Positions 1-13,524 of a stretch of 64,000 bases of DNA are shown here, piece by piece. The first letter of the stretch is position 1. The number at the start of each line of letters is the position of its first letter. Position numbers and translations under genes: made by a program. Below the pieces are notes generated by a model that made no database searches, had not been told where the DNA came from, and saw nothing but the letters and a program-made list of their open reading frames with translations. Source of the stretch: Octopus vulgaris (Eukaryota); contig OX597814.1 in the NCBI GenBank assembly GCA_951406725.2, positions 120,528,001 to 120,592,000 on the forward strand. The letters run 5' to 3'.

Positions 1-639
1 TAGTGCATGTATATATGTGTATATATATGTGTACATATTACATGTACATCTATATATATACATCTACACATAAAATACAAAAAATACAAAGTTATATCGT
101 GATATCGCTAGTGATAACAACACTCAAAATATATAACAGACTGGAATTTTTAACCCGTCTCTTGTAATTTCGATCAATTGTATCTTGTCCTCCCTCTTGT
201 ATAGAAGTGTGGCTACAATCCAGCCTACCTCTACTTATTTTTTTTCCGGGACGTCCTACGTCCCAGATATAAAGGTAAAGATAAAATATTTCCACTTTGC
301 AAGTTCGAGTCGAGTACTCCCTTGAACGCTCTGTTGACTCTTTTCGAAGGTGCTTTCCTCCATGTGTTCAAATCTTTTTTCTCTACATTGTATACTTTAT
401 AGACAATAGTCTTTTCTTTAATTTATTTTTTAATTATTCAGCTGGACTATTCCATTTCTGCACGCTAATTTTATTTCTAATTTATTCCCATTCAAGTTCA
501 AATCACTGATGCAATTTTATACCAATTGCTATTTTTACTTCTTTTCTATGTTACGATTATATTATACTTTAGTTTGATTTTAATTATTACTTACTACATA
601 TAATTTAATTGTTATTATTATTTTTATTGTTAAAGTGAA

Positions 640-1028
640 AGTATCTGACATAAAATAGAGAAACGTTTTTGTTTCACTTTTAACACGTAATATTGAAATA
701 GTGGAGAAGATGTGATATTGCTATGGGCTCGCTCTAGGCAAGAAGTTGAACATTTTTTTGCCCATGAAACTACATGTACACTAAGTAAGGCATGTGTAAA
801 ATTTGAATGGAATTGGTTGCGTAGTTCTCAAGTTCTAGGGAATCGTAGTGGAGAAGATATGATATTGCTAGGCAAAAAGTTCAAAATTATTTTGTCCGAT
901 GACACTTCCCGGACCCTAAGTAACGTATGTGTAAAATTTGAATGAAATTGGTTGTGTAGTTCTCAAGTTTTAGGGAAACACACAGACAGACAGACAGACA
1001 CACATTCTCAGTTATATATATATAAAGA
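640..1028 (-). mobile_element. Non-autonomous Helitron-like element, 5' portion, with two ~147-bp internal repeats
   Basis: Minus strand begins A|TCTTTATATATATATAACTGAGAATGTGTGTCTGTCTGTCTG (TC start after A, then a (GTCT)n microsatellite), as in non-autonomous Helitrons. Diverged tandem units start at 699 and 846. The CTAG 3' end was not located. Confidence 0.55.
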
Positions 1029-1078
1029 TATATATATATATAAATATATACATATGTATGTATGCATGTATGTATGTA

Positions 1079-1129
<51 letters not shown>

Positions 1130-1184
1130 GCATACATACATTCATAGAAATACACTCACACACAGAAACACACATATATATCAT

Positions 1185-1228
<44 letters not shown>
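1029..1228. repeat. Compound (TA)n/(TATG)n/(GA)n microsatellite
   Basis: Directly visible; explains the spurious YI/RE ORFs in the track. Confidence 0.95.
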
Positions 1229-1232
<4 letters not shown>

Positions 1233-1849
1233 GAAGGAGACAGTGAGATGCAGATTGCCGTTAATTTGTTTCATATAAAGCTTGAAACGATTATTTCAAC
1301 AATATATTCAGAATGATGCTTCTGAATATATAGCGTCTGATTAATTTGCACCAACGTGTTATGATCAAGTAGGTAACCTTACATCGTAAACGATTTTCTT
1401 AACTATGATTCCGTGAAAAGCAACACAAGACTAAATTCTATTACTTATGTCAGTACATCTTTTACTCAATTTAGTAAATCAGGTTTTGCTGAAACCTCCA
1501 CTATACCCACACACACACACTGCTAATATATATTTCACAAACGAACAGCAAATATACTCCTTCAGAAGAAACATTCCACGAAAATTAAGGTTGTTTTCAA
1601 TTTTAGAGTCTAAAACTTCTATTTCATCTTCCATTTAATTTATTTTGCCAAGGCTATAAAGCACGGGTTTCATCGTCTCTACCTTTAAAGTATTTATCTA
1701 ATAGACTTGAAATAATTTTGAACGTCTATACAAGCTTTAATTTTGTCAAATATATACCCTTCGCTTCTTTCCCCTTAATATCACCGAACTACAGTATGCC
1801 TAGATACTTGTATCCATTGCCAAAGCGTTATAACATCCGTTAAGTATAT

Positions 1850-2010
1850 TCTTATTCTATCTAGACACAACGCCCGAAATTTTAAAGGAGGTGGGGCAGT
1901 CGATTAAATCGATCCCACTACGCAACTGGTACTTAATTCATCGACCCCGATAGGATGAAACGCAAAGTAGACCTCAGCGTAATTTGAACGTAAAGACAGA
2001 CGAAATAATA
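1850..2010 (-). mobile_element. SINE family A copy (partial)
   Basis: Contains gtcgattaaatcgatcccactacgcaactggtacttaattcatcgaccccgataggatgaaa, the reverse complement of the core of the full copy at 33680-33910. Confidence 0.8.
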
Positions 2011-2344
2011 ACATCCATTAAGTATATTCTAATGAAATGGGTTTTCTTCATTCACTTCATAGTTAAAGCTACGCAGTTCAATATAGCAAACTCCAGTCCA
2101 ATATCAATGCAACACACATTCACTGTATTAACAACTCTCACTTTTCTTTCCTTGTAATTACTTGAATTTATCCATGAAAACTTAATGAAGTAGAGACTCC
2201 ATTTTTGACTTAAGCTATCGCTTTTTTTCTGTGTCATTTACTGTGTGCATTGCAAATAACAACTGGAAGAAACAATTCCTCTGTTTCAAATAACTCAGTC
2301 TTCACTTGACAGTGATTAGATTATATTCATCAAACTTCTATTAG

Positions 2345-2540
2345 TTTCAAATTTTGTCAGAAGGACAGATATTTCGGTGCAAAGTTTGAATCGATTACAT
2401 CGACTCCAGAGCTTGACTGGTACTTTTTCATCGACACCACAGAAAAGAGGAAAAGCAAACTAGCCCTCGTCAGAATATGAACTCAGAACGTAAAGACGGA
2501 CAGAATATCCCGAAGCATTTTGCTCGTGGTATGCTGCAAG
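2345..2540 (-). mobile_element. SINE family A copy (diverged)
   Basis: tcgattacatcgactccag...tggtac...gaactcagaacgtaaagacggac matches family A. Confidence 0.7.
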
Positions 2541-4380
2541 TTTGCAGTCCTAAATCATCCTCAGACTTATATAATAGTGTGGAAGCCTAGCTCTGAGGTT
2601 AAAAATGTAACCTAAGGTATGTCAAATATTATTATCGACACAACACTCAAAGAATTCTTTAGCCATTCTTTGATTTACCCATTCTTTGAGTGTTGTGTCG
2701 ATGATAAACATATCTAAATGTTCTCCTGAAATCGACCCATTCCATGCTTAGACTAGTCTGTCGTCGCTTTTAATCCTTCATTCATTTTATCAATGATCTG
2801 ATAGTTTTCTGCTTTTATTAGTGTTTCCATTTAGAACTTGTATTTTTACTACTGATGAAAAATTCACAGTGTTTGAATAGAAAGCTTATATATTATTATC
2901 ATTCTTAAAATGTAATTTAGTAGTAACCCGCAAAGCGTATTTCACGCGAGAAAAATAAAATCTCCAGGGTTTTTAGCCAAATTGCTCTTCTGGCTTTCAT
3001 ATCCTACATCCTGATAATTTGATTATTACTTTTCCAAAACTCTCTTTTAAATGTCCCACTAAATATATATGGTACAATGACGAACATTGAAACTACTCAG
3101 TGGAAACGATTAAATTTTCCAGTTTTAAATAACTATATCTGAATATTTTGCTTAGCATTTATATATTATGCGTAATATTCTTGAAGATGGAATTCTAGCA
3201 TTCTGAACAGACTTCACGGTACCTGTTTACACGCCTTCATATTCATTTTTACCTCAACGTTTCGGCTTATGGCCAAGTGGACATAGGTATCAATTCGAAT
3301 CAAAGAATATGGTTCTATATTTCTCATTTTTAAAGCTGATTGCTGTCATAACTCTAAACCAGAATTTATACTTCTGATTTTAGAAGAGAACAGGTGAGCA
3401 TTGTTAGTATTCATCCCATAGGAATTAAAGATGTTTCTTTCAACAAGCATCTTCAGAGATTTTTGCAATCTCGTTTCAATTTCATTTTATTGTTGCTTGC
3501 TGTCACTATTAATTATTTTTAATATGTCCACTGGCTATTTGTGACATCGGTGCCTGAATAGACACTAATATTCTATATTATCGCTATCGGGAGATTTAGT
3601 TAGTTACGTTGCTACTGGATGTTTGTCACTGAGGAGTAAAAAATAAGCAGTTCCATTGATCTAGAATCTCCCGCGGCCAGTAGTAGATGTTTCCCGTCTG
3701 TCGACAATATAGATTTGGTTGCTTTTATGCACCCTGAGTTCACCAAGTGGCCTTCTCAAGAAAGAAAACACAGTATTTTCTGTTCTAACACAACATAAAA
3801 GTTAAGGTGGAGTTAAGGATTGCTTTTCTGTTGTTGTTTCATTATCTATTTCATTTACTTTTATGTATTAATTTTAGAGATATACTCTAGCTCGTAATTT
3901 ATCGTATCTCTTGAAGCTCATTTTCTCATAATTTCATATCACCTTCATCAGATTCGAATACTAACTTTTCTAGTCCTACTGTTTTATATGAAATAATTTA
4001 TTCTATTTCTGTTAGGCTCCCTTCTCTTAGTGTTCGGTTTATGTATATTCTATCTAAGTTAACTCCAAGGAGTTGGCCTCAGTATAGTGTTTGTAATTTA
4101 TTTTGTATTCCAGGTTCTTTAATTCATATAAGCTGTCCTTTCATTATGTTACTGTATTATGAGAATCACTTTCCCTTGCATGTCTCTTGCATTTTTGCAA
4201 GAAACAAGCTTCTTGCATTGTAGAAGTTTTCCATTTGCACTGGATCCTTGTATAACCTATGTCTATAAGATGTACATAGTCTTTCAGTAAATGCATATAT
4301 TATGTATTTTTGGAACGCTATAACAACTATTATTGCTCTCCTCATCATTTTCCTCTTCCTTGTCCTTCTTAAACATCCTT

Positions 4381-4454
<74 letters not shown>

Positions 4455-4474
4455 ATTATTATTATTATTATTAT
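4381..4474. repeat. (TAC)n followed by (TTA)n microsatellite
   Basis: Directly visible. Confidence 0.95.
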
Positions 4475-4960
4475 TCCCCTCCTCCCCTCCTCCTCCTTCT
4501 TCTTCTTTTCTTTCTCCTCCTCTTCTTCCACCTACTCTACTTCACCTTCCCACTTACTTTTTCCTCTCCTCTTTTATCTACTATATTCCGTTTATTGATC
4601 ACTCTTTTTCATTCGGGTTCGAGAAATACATTAATTTCTCTTTCTGTCCTAAGTTAAGAATTAAGGACATATTTTGATACTTTAGTAGCATTGTTACGAA
4701 TATTATCATGAGTGTAAAACATTAATATTTGTAAGAGATTTAGTTGAAGTCATTACAGTTATATTCAGTTGTGGTTAAGTTTCGAGTACTTATTATCGTA
4801 ACCCATTTTCAGTCATGTTACAGATTATATATTACTCATGGATATCTGGTTGCAGCATAGAATCACACATACGATTGCTTGATTTTGAACAACTATCATG
4901 AAAATATAGATCAAACAGACTATTTATATCATTGAAACAGAAACAGGATATCATCCTCCT

Positions 4961-5036
4961 TTTTGCCCTGACGAGGGGATATTAAGCACGAAATATTGAA
5001 ATTAATAAACGTCTCACTTTAATAAAATATCAGGAG
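4961..5036 (+). ncRNA. Decayed type I hammerhead ribozyme-like motif
   Basis: CTGACGA (4968-4974), weak stem II, GAAA (4990-4993), stem III TATT...AATA, ATC triplet ending 5031. Stems I and II are imperfect. Confidence 0.35.
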
Positions 5037-5812
5037 CCTCGTTAGTTTGAAGGAAATACATTTCATTATGAAATCATTCGTAATTCATTGGTGTATTGTG
5101 TACTTTATCCTCATACCTATTCATTTGAAATAAATTTATTTATGATTTTAATTTTCTACTCTAAAAAACTTACCATTTTTCCTTTTTCTATAAGCAACTT
5201 GTTTACTTCAAACTACTCAATAGCAAAATGACGCTCACATACACACAAACACACTTCCATATTTATATTTATAAAGGCATATACATTTATGCATGTATGT
5301 ATAAATACTCCTATATAATAGATATACGGATAAAGATGTGTGTGATGAAACAAGGCTTTTTATAATCTCATACTCACGTTACTAAACATATTCATTCAGT
5401 GTTGAAAGGTTTTCAATTCATTACATTTATAATTAGCTTTTAAATAGAACCATTAAATAGAAATATCTAAAACCCCAAGTTCCCTTGTTTCTCACAACCT
5501 ATTTGTGGCAGACAACTCTCCCCGTGACTTTCTTTCAACTAAACAAAATTCAATAGGTTATCACCGAATATAAGCGTTATGATTAATATAATCTCTGTAT
5601 GATTATGTTAAACAAAACGTTCGTAAATAACAGCATACTTTCAGAATACAGGATAACACAGAACAAAAATAAAATTAACTGTAGAAAAAATATATAGCAT
5701 GAATATATTCATTCAAATTATTGTGCTTGTTTGTCTCAGCGTGATAAACTAAATATTGGATAAATATTTTTCAGTGGTGTTCTTAAGAATGTTTCTATGT
5801 TCTTAATATAGA

Positions 5813-5945
5813 TTTCAAATTTTGGCACAAGACCAACAATTTAGGGCAAAGTGCTAAATAGTTTAGATCGACCACAGAGCTGAAGCGGTATTTATTTTAT
5901 CGACCTCGAAAGGATGAAAGGCAAAGAGGACCCCAGCGGAATTCT
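5813..5945 (-). mobile_element. SINE family A fragment
   Basis: atcgacctcgaaaggatgaaaggcaaagaggaccccagcggaatt matches family A core. Confidence 0.7.
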
Positions 5946-6304
5946 ATGTTTCTGATGCTGAGGGGCATTTTGTAGTTTATGCAGTTAAATCCGCAAATAT
6001 AGAGTCACTTGCATATGTGTAGAAATGGAGAATGACATGCCATTATTATTCAAACTGTGTCGAAGATTCTAATTTCATATTTGACCAACAGCAAAACGAA
6101 ATTAATGTTATTACTACTAAGAATGCAAGAATCGTGTTGGGGCATTAACATTCCGTTGCAAGGCTGAATTTTTATTATAGGTCTCTAGAAAATTCTTGAA
6201 CAAAATGGAAAGAATCTACTTTACTCGTTCCGTTACAACAGTTAATGGTACAAGTATCTAATCCAATGCAAAGTTGACTATACCAGGACATCTTTTGTAT
6301 ATAT

Positions 6305-7424
6305 TGTTACGAGGAGACCTCCGTCGAACGAAAGCTGTTACGGAATCCCTCACACAGGCCCGACCGATAAGCGAATGTTCGCCACGGAAACTCGGAGAGG
6401 AGAGAGAGACACAATGAAGGCAACTACAACAGCAGCCGCAAGAAGGGACACAGAGAGAGACACACAGAAATACAGCGGAAGGCAAGGCACACAGAAGGCA
6501 TTTGGCTCACATTTAACGTACTAGTTTATATGACTATTAATTGTTACAACATCAAATACATATCAGATACTTTTAAAGAGGACACGTCGAATTAAACAAC
6601 AACTCAATACATCATACAGGTATACCACAGATCAAAGCATTTAAACTGTCCGGTAACAACACATCAAATGCAATAACAACAGCATTTCAAGAGTACACGT
6701 CCGGAGACAACAGTTCCGTTTCAAATCACAACAAAGTTACAGTTCAAAGGACATTAAAGGCCTATACAGTTCAATGTTCAATGTTCATTACACAGTTCTC
6801 TCTTCAACAACTCTGTACACAATGTCTTTACACAGTTCACATTGTTCTTTTCACTGTCTCATTTCTTTTACAGTTCAATACATCGATTCTTTTTCCTTCT
6901 TTCTCTTCACATATCAATGCAACAATTCCCGTACCTTTAGTTCCTGCTATAACAGCCAATGTCTCATATTGTACCTCATCTTTCTTAGCACCGCTAAATC
7001 CAAATTGCTAACCTGCTTGCCCTGAATACCAAATCCTGGCCGCTAAATCCAACCGCTCGCCTTGATTTCCAAATACCGACTGCTAAAACCTCTTGCTCTG
7101 TCACCACCCCCAATCTCTCTTAGCTCTGCTAATACTCTCTCTATCGCCGCTCAGTCCTATGTCCTGTCTTCATCGACGCTGTCACTGTCACTCTCTCTCC
7201 CAGCTCTCAGATTCCTTAATCTGTCTTCCTCACTACTTTCTTCTTCCACTTCTTCACTGTCACTAGATTCTTCCTTCTTTAAGGGGTGTTTAGAACGAAC
7301 TTTAGTTCACCTGAAAGGGGTCGCAGGTCTACCCAGAACCAATCAATCCACCTGAATCTTACAGGACAATGGATATATTCCAAAGTAGGTCGCAGCCAAC
7401 TGTCCTTAAGCTGAACCCACAACA
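6305..7424 (-). mobile_element. Probable solo LTR
   Basis: About 1.12 kb, GC-richer than its flanks, bounded by TGTT...AACA termini. Flanks TATAT / TGTAT match 4/5 as a candidate TSD. Internal short repeats (ccgctaaatcca); no ORF. Confidence 0.45.
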
Positions 7425-9779
7425 TGTATGTGTGTGTGTTTGCGTGTGTATGTGTACGTATGTGTGTGAGTCTGCGCATTTGTGTGCGCGTGTGTGCGCG
7501 AGTGTTTGTGTGCTTGCTATCTTGAAAGTGATATCTTCTTTGTCTTCCAAGAAACGTTCAATTACATTTCAAATGTGTCTGATAGGTCAACCAGAATCCA
7601 GAGGCCAGTACCTGTTTGTTGTATTAATGACTTGTAAAATGTGGTTAATGCCTATGTCGGCAATTTCCTTTAATTCCCTATGAGATGAATTGGGATTTGC
7701 CTATCTTTTGCGAAGGAATCTTATGAGTCATAATTTCATTGATCCTATCAAACACCGGTAAGACAATTATTCACCAGCGATATGTGGCCTCAGTCACTGA
7801 AAAAACAATTTGTTCACCAGCGATATATGGTTCCGAGTTTCTGTAAATATATAAAAGTTTTCGAATTTTTTTTCTGAATTAGTTTCTTCAAAAATATTTT
7901 TTTCTGCAAAAATTGTTTTACACATTCAAAACTTAGAAAACTTTAAGAAGACGGCTAAATTTTGCTGCACAGAAATTCTGTCTAGTATTAATATATCTTT
8001 ATAAGCATCATACTTTAATGCAAAATATTCGTGAAAAAAATTAAGTAAATTATAAGTTAAATCATGCGGTAAATTTTTATTGCTAAGAAGACCTAATGCT
8101 TTTCTGTTCACAACATTTTAGTTTCGCAGTTTTAATTGATTCTTGAGACATTTACTAAACGTCATATTCTAATATGTAGTTTCTCTAGAAAATAATTTTT
8201 AAAATATTACGTTATTTGCTGATCTTATCCGTATATTATACTCCATTATAATGTGACATCGCTTAATGCATATATACAGAACTGAACATCATTCCTGTAA
8301 CCATAATCTGCAAACAACTTGCACAAATTATTTTCTTTCTCTAAAGTTGTAAAGACAATCTTAACGTATTATACATGATGGTGTCTGTAGAAAGAAATAC
8401 TACAAACTGGTAAATATTCGTTATATATTCAATATTTTAAGATATTTCACATGAAAAGAATTTTTGACAACGTACTTTAGAAGAACTATCTTACACATAA
8501 ATTCATAGGTAAACCATCGGTAGAGGTTTTTTTATAGTGCAGTGAAGCAACTAGATGTCCGCGGTCTTGTTAAAAATCTAAGAATAGATCTGAAATTGAA
8601 GAAAAACAGAAAAAAAAGGTCTGATTTAATGCTATTCTGCACTTTTTTCTTTTTTTGAATATCATATTAAGGAGATTTCTTTTGAACATATTTAAATATA
8701 CATTTCATACTTTGCCGACAAATGTATCGTTGTATACGCAATCTGGACATGCCTCACGAAACCTACGAGACACCGAGTTATAACGGCGCAACTCTACAGT
8801 GTCACGATATAAACACGAAGAAATTAAGACCATGAAAGCTGACGTGTATAAAGTCAAATTCGAAAAAAATATTATATGAATGTGTGTGTGTATGCGTTTG
8901 TGTATCTATGTATATACACTGACACATATACATACGCACACTCATATGTGCATATATGTATGTATGTATAGCTGGCAGAATATGTGCGGCATCAATAAGA
9001 TTTTTAAAAATAATTGAATATATGCACACATTTCTTTAAGATAAAGAACATAAGGAGATTATATTTTGATTAAAACCTATAAATGCTTATTAAACTGAAG
9101 GAAGTATTAACTAGATAAAATAAGAATTGTATTCCAAAGCAAATCTAAAAATAATCTTGTTTCTCTTCATATGACAAAATTGAATTTTTGTAGTTTCAAA
9201 GAGTATCACTTTATTTGGAAGTGCTATATCAAATTTATGTTATAGCTTGAATTGTTCATCGGATCTAAATAATTGATCAATATTCACTTTGGAATAGCAA
9301 AATATTTTGACCTTTACATTTTTTAAGAACGAAAAGAAATCGATTAAATTTCACAAAGAAAGTATTAAATATTTTGAAAAGCTAATATATCAAGAAATGC
9401 TATTTATATCGAAATCCATATGACTCTGTTTCACAAAACCCAATGGATATCTCATGTTATGTTTTGACTCGAACAATATAAATATATATTTTCTTAAATC
9501 TATATGATTCCTGAAAAAACATACACGTTTGGGAATTGATAGTAAAACAAATTATATGGTAAAACATTACCGAACTACTAAAACAAGTCTGTTTCTATGT
9601 AAACTTTTCTATCAAGAAAGTGTTAGTAGATAGGTCTTGTCCACTTTGAAATAGCTATTCGACAAAAGTATATAAGAGAAAGTATTAAAATAAACCAAAT
9701 GCTTATGTGGATGTCTACTGCTACAATTACTGGTTTTCTTAAACTTACATCAATTTCGAAGAGATATAGGCATATATAC

Positions 9780-10015
9780 ACAAACAGTGTTTTATATAGG
9801 GAGAATTCATAAACTAAACAAAAGAGAGGTGGTGTACACAACAAACAGATGTCTTAGTATAACGCTCGGTAAGTGAAAAAGTATTTAACGTTTCGAGCCT
9901 ACGCTCTTCCTCGGAAAGGAACACAGAAAGAAACAAGGAGAGAAAATAAAGAATGTGTAGTGGCTAGCGATCTATCCTGGCGAATGCCGGACAGAAGATT
10001 CACACCTTCGGCACA
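9780..10015 (-). mobile_element. PLE terminal-repeat-like fragment carrying a minimal HHR
   Basis: Homologous to 39172-39310 (+); contains the HHR motif at 9884-9917; flanked by TA-rich sequence. Confidence 0.6.
9884..9917 (-). ncRNA. Minimal type I hammerhead ribozyme, variant core
   Basis: Minus strand reads TTT CCGAGGA A GAGC-GTAG-GCTC GAAA CG TT AAA. Stem I TTT/AAA, 4-bp stem II, palindromic AACGTT in place of stem III; U4>C and an extra A. Confidence 0.6.
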
Positions 10016-10419
10016 TTGTGTTATATATATGTGTGTGTATGTGTGTGTGTGCGTGTGTATGTATGTATGTATGTATATTGTCCATCAAAACAGACGTCGG
10101 TAGCAAAAACTTAGGCATACGTACTCACAATCAATCAAAGATTACAACTTTCATTACAATTTAATTATAGAGTAATATATTGGTAAATGCAATAGTGAAA
10201 TAATTATGATCAGAAATATTAATGTGCATGTAGTGGAACAATTCAAATTGAAGATACATGATCCAGAGTTAAAGGTGTACGTATTATAATAATATTTCTG
10301 TTGAATAAAGTAAAACTACAAATTATATTACAGTTTTTTTATATGCTAGAGCCATATATTGGTTAAAACTAGTCTAAATGTGTAACTGCAGTCAGGTTGT
10401 AGAGCAGGGTCCGTCAATG

Positions 10420-10914
10420 TCACTTCCGCTATAATACTTCGTAATTTGTCTTTCTGTTTCTTCAAGTCATACACAATTCCAACACCATATTCTTCAGTGA
10501 ATCGCCGCACAGACACTCCACGACCACGTTTTTTTTTTATAACTCCATTTTCCGCGTTATTGATAATGATAAAAGTTTCCTTTTTGTTTTTCTCACTGTT
10601 ATCCATTCGGCTATCTGCGGTTCTTTTTAACATATTCAGAGTAAATTATATACAAAGTCACAAGAAACAATACAAAGATGGTAAACAGCAAATGCCCGTT
10701 CTCTCTGTACGAGTGTTCAGCCACACCTGACGCGTAAGTGGCGGCCGACTTGTCAAGAGTTGCCACGTCATACCTGACTGAGTCACGTCACGCTGTTCAG
10801 CTGTTTGCGCGCAAAACGACCCCTGTTGTGACGCACTTCACCCTCCTATTAAGAAAAGTTCGGGTTTGGGTTTTTTTTGGATTTTAGATTACCGGATAAA
10901 AGATTATGTACCTA
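10420..10914 (-). mobile_element. Tigger/pogo (Jerky/TIGD-like) DNA transposon, 5' fragment
   Basis: Translation MLKRTAD...GVSVRRFTEEYGVG..YDLKKQKDKL resembles the CENP-B-type HTH of Tigger/Jerky transposases; TIR-like end near 10914. Confidence 0.7.
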
Positions 10915-11180
10915 TATTTTATTCAGAATCAGTGAAAAATGTCACTGTAGATAGCTAGCTCTGAATATTCCACGTACATGTGTACTAAGTTTCTGAGATC
11001 GAGATTTTAACTGTTTTTTACTAAATGTCTATCTGTATTTAGCCAGTATTCTGTGTATAGACAAATTTAAACAGACAAGAAACGTTCGTAATATTTAAAA
11101 TTCGCTTTTGAGCCTTCATCAGTTACCGGGTATTCATTTTAATTGTCCATGGAAATGATGCTTATAGACACACACACATG

Positions 11181-11222
<42 letters not shown>

Positions 11223-11299
11223 TACATATATACACGCACGCATGCAAAACACACATATACGCACTTGTGCACACGAAAACACACTCATGCACATTTTCG

Positions 11300-12125
11300 T
11301 AGGCTTCTCTTCCCTTGCGAAATGTTTGCCTCCATTGAAACCTTTTCTTGACCATGATTTTTCTACACCAGTGTCACATTTCTGAAGGTATTTTCCAGGG
11401 TGTATCTATAGGGAAGCTTTTGTGGCACTTTGGGCGACGGGTGTCTGTCAGTTCACTGTAGAAGAGCAACTTTACTCTGTTGCCCTGAATGCACACGAAG
11501 TGACTAGACCATCTTGGTTGAGCCTGTGTCAACAATGTTTGGTTTCTGGTCATGCTCAAAAGCCATCAAATTTGAAACTGTGTGGTACCATTTGTTGTTT
11601 CATATGCGTCGAATGTAGCGCTAGTGAAACTGAACTACTAGATTCACATGGCAATGGTAGAGATTCAAAGACTCGCATCCATACACAATGAATTCAGGAA
11701 TATTGCTCTGTATACTGCGCGAGTCGTCTCCAGTTTCAATCTATTTTCTTTCCACACTCGGTTGTGGAGTCTGCCGTAAGAAGCACTTGCCCTGCTGATT
11801 TCATTGGATATCTCCTCTGAGGCTGTTGGAAATGAGAAAGGTGTTCGCACCCAGCTTCAGAAGCCCTCTCTACCAGCCTCGAGCGTTGAAGGCAAACCGA
11901 GGTAAGACAGCTGTCTTCATAAGAAACACAGACGACTAAACAGCAGGTGACACATAGTAGCGAATTCCCAAAGCCAATAGCATTGCACAGTCACATTGGT
12001 TTTCAAGCATTATGCGGCTGCAGGATTTTCGGTTTGGGTTTACTCCTACAGACCTCCGCGCAGAAGGGGAAGCCAACAAGACAGTAGAAAAATGTGAAAA
12101 TTGGACAATCTGCTGGCACACTGTA
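11300..12125 (-). mobile_element. RTE-clade LINE fragments
   Basis: EISRASASYGRLHNRVWKENRLKLETTRAVYRAI and QAQPRWSSH...KLLFYSEL are typical of the RTE ORF2 C-terminus; frameshifted and deleted. Confidence 0.8.
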
Positions 12126-12132
12126 AAACAGA

Positions 12133-12201
<69 letters not shown>

Positions 12202-12805
12202 CATATATACATATACATAAGGGGGAGATTTATATATATATATATATATATAAATCTCTCACTCTCTTTCTTTATATATATATATATATATAAACACACA
12301 TAAATATTTGGTAAATATCAAAACTGAAAAATAGGTTACATGAAAAAAGACGTGATTTTATTAGAATATTTTTATAAACATGCTAGAAATTTAAATATGT
12401 CTGTGTGTACGTGCGTGTGCTCACGCGCTTGCTCACGCGTGTGGTATTTGTGTTTACAGCCGAAAAACCCAGTACACTTTATATGAATGTTATATTAATA
12501 TCCTTCAACGTAACTCCTTCAAAATTTGTGACAAATGAATCAATATTCGAAAACAGTGCTGATACGGAGAAATTGTAATGGCAGAAAACGTCCATAAACA
12601 TAGCAATTTCAATTTATTGCAAAATTTGTGTGTTTTGGTCTCTGTGTAGGTATGCATAAATACAAATATGTTTATGTATTATATGTGGCATATATTTGTT
12701 TACTATCTTTTAATATATATCGGTTTGTATACTTTAGACCCAAATTGAATACTGACTTCTATATAGGTTTTACACCAGGTTTATATTCAGCAAAATAAAT
12801 ATAAT

Positions 12806-13120
12806 GGCAAATGGACACGGTCGCGTGTAGCAGAACCGTTAGCACACGTGGCAAAATGCTTAGCGGCATTTCGTCAGTCTTTAGTTCTGAGTTCAATTCC
12901 GTCGATGTCAGCTATACTTTGCAACAGTTCAGGGTCGATGAAATAAGTTTCAGTTGACTGCTGGGGTCGATGTAATCGAATAGCCATTGCCCTAAAATTG
13001 ATGGTGTTTTGCTAAAAGTTGAAACCAATATCATAGCTAATCGTACCGCCGCGAACTGGCAGAATCGTTATCACGCCTTGCAGAATGCTTAGAGGCATTT
13101 TACCCATCTTTTAGTTCTCT
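12806..13120 (+). mobile_element. SINE family A, one diverged copy plus a second head
   Basis: gcagaaccgttagcacacgtggcaaaatgcttagcggcatttcgtc...gttctgagttcaattcc; second head at about 13052. Confidence 0.75.
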
Positions 13121-13279
13121 GACTTTCCGCATCTGGCTTTCTGCTCTGCTGACCGAATCCGTCCCTCCTCGGCTGTCCCTGCTCCTGTGGTGATTGCGCT
13201 GCGCCAGGATGAGCGGTCGGCAGCAAGTGTCTCCCAAGTCTCTGTGCCGATGGAGAAGTCTTTTAGAGAGACCTTGAGA

Positions 13280-13281
<2 letters not shown>
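13120..13281 (-). mobile_element. RTE LINE 3' coding fragment
   Basis: LKVSLKDFSIGTETWETLAADRSSWRSAITTG is the conserved RTE C-terminal W...A.DR..WR motif. Confidence 0.8.
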
Positions 13282-13321
<40 letters not shown>

Positions 13322-13422
13322 TATATAACTTCAATACGGAGAAATAATTTGCGAAGGTATCATTGACTCCTTTAGCTAATTATGTATATATATACACGCA
13401 CACAACCGTAATTATACGAACG

Positions 13423-13473
<51 letters not shown>

Positions 13474-13524
13474 GCATATGCACATATATGTGTGTGTACA
13501 TATACACATATATACTTATGTATA

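Noticed and set aside
3330-3760. Minus-strand quasi-open frame with a WD40-like phrase (GH...LSTDGKHLLLAAGD)
   Set aside because: Multiple stops and only one short motif; no family can be supported without a search.
11095-11125. Minus-strand CTGATGA AG GCT-CAAA-AGC GAAT
   Set aside because: No GAAA, stem III or stem I; could be chance or an unrecognisable relic.
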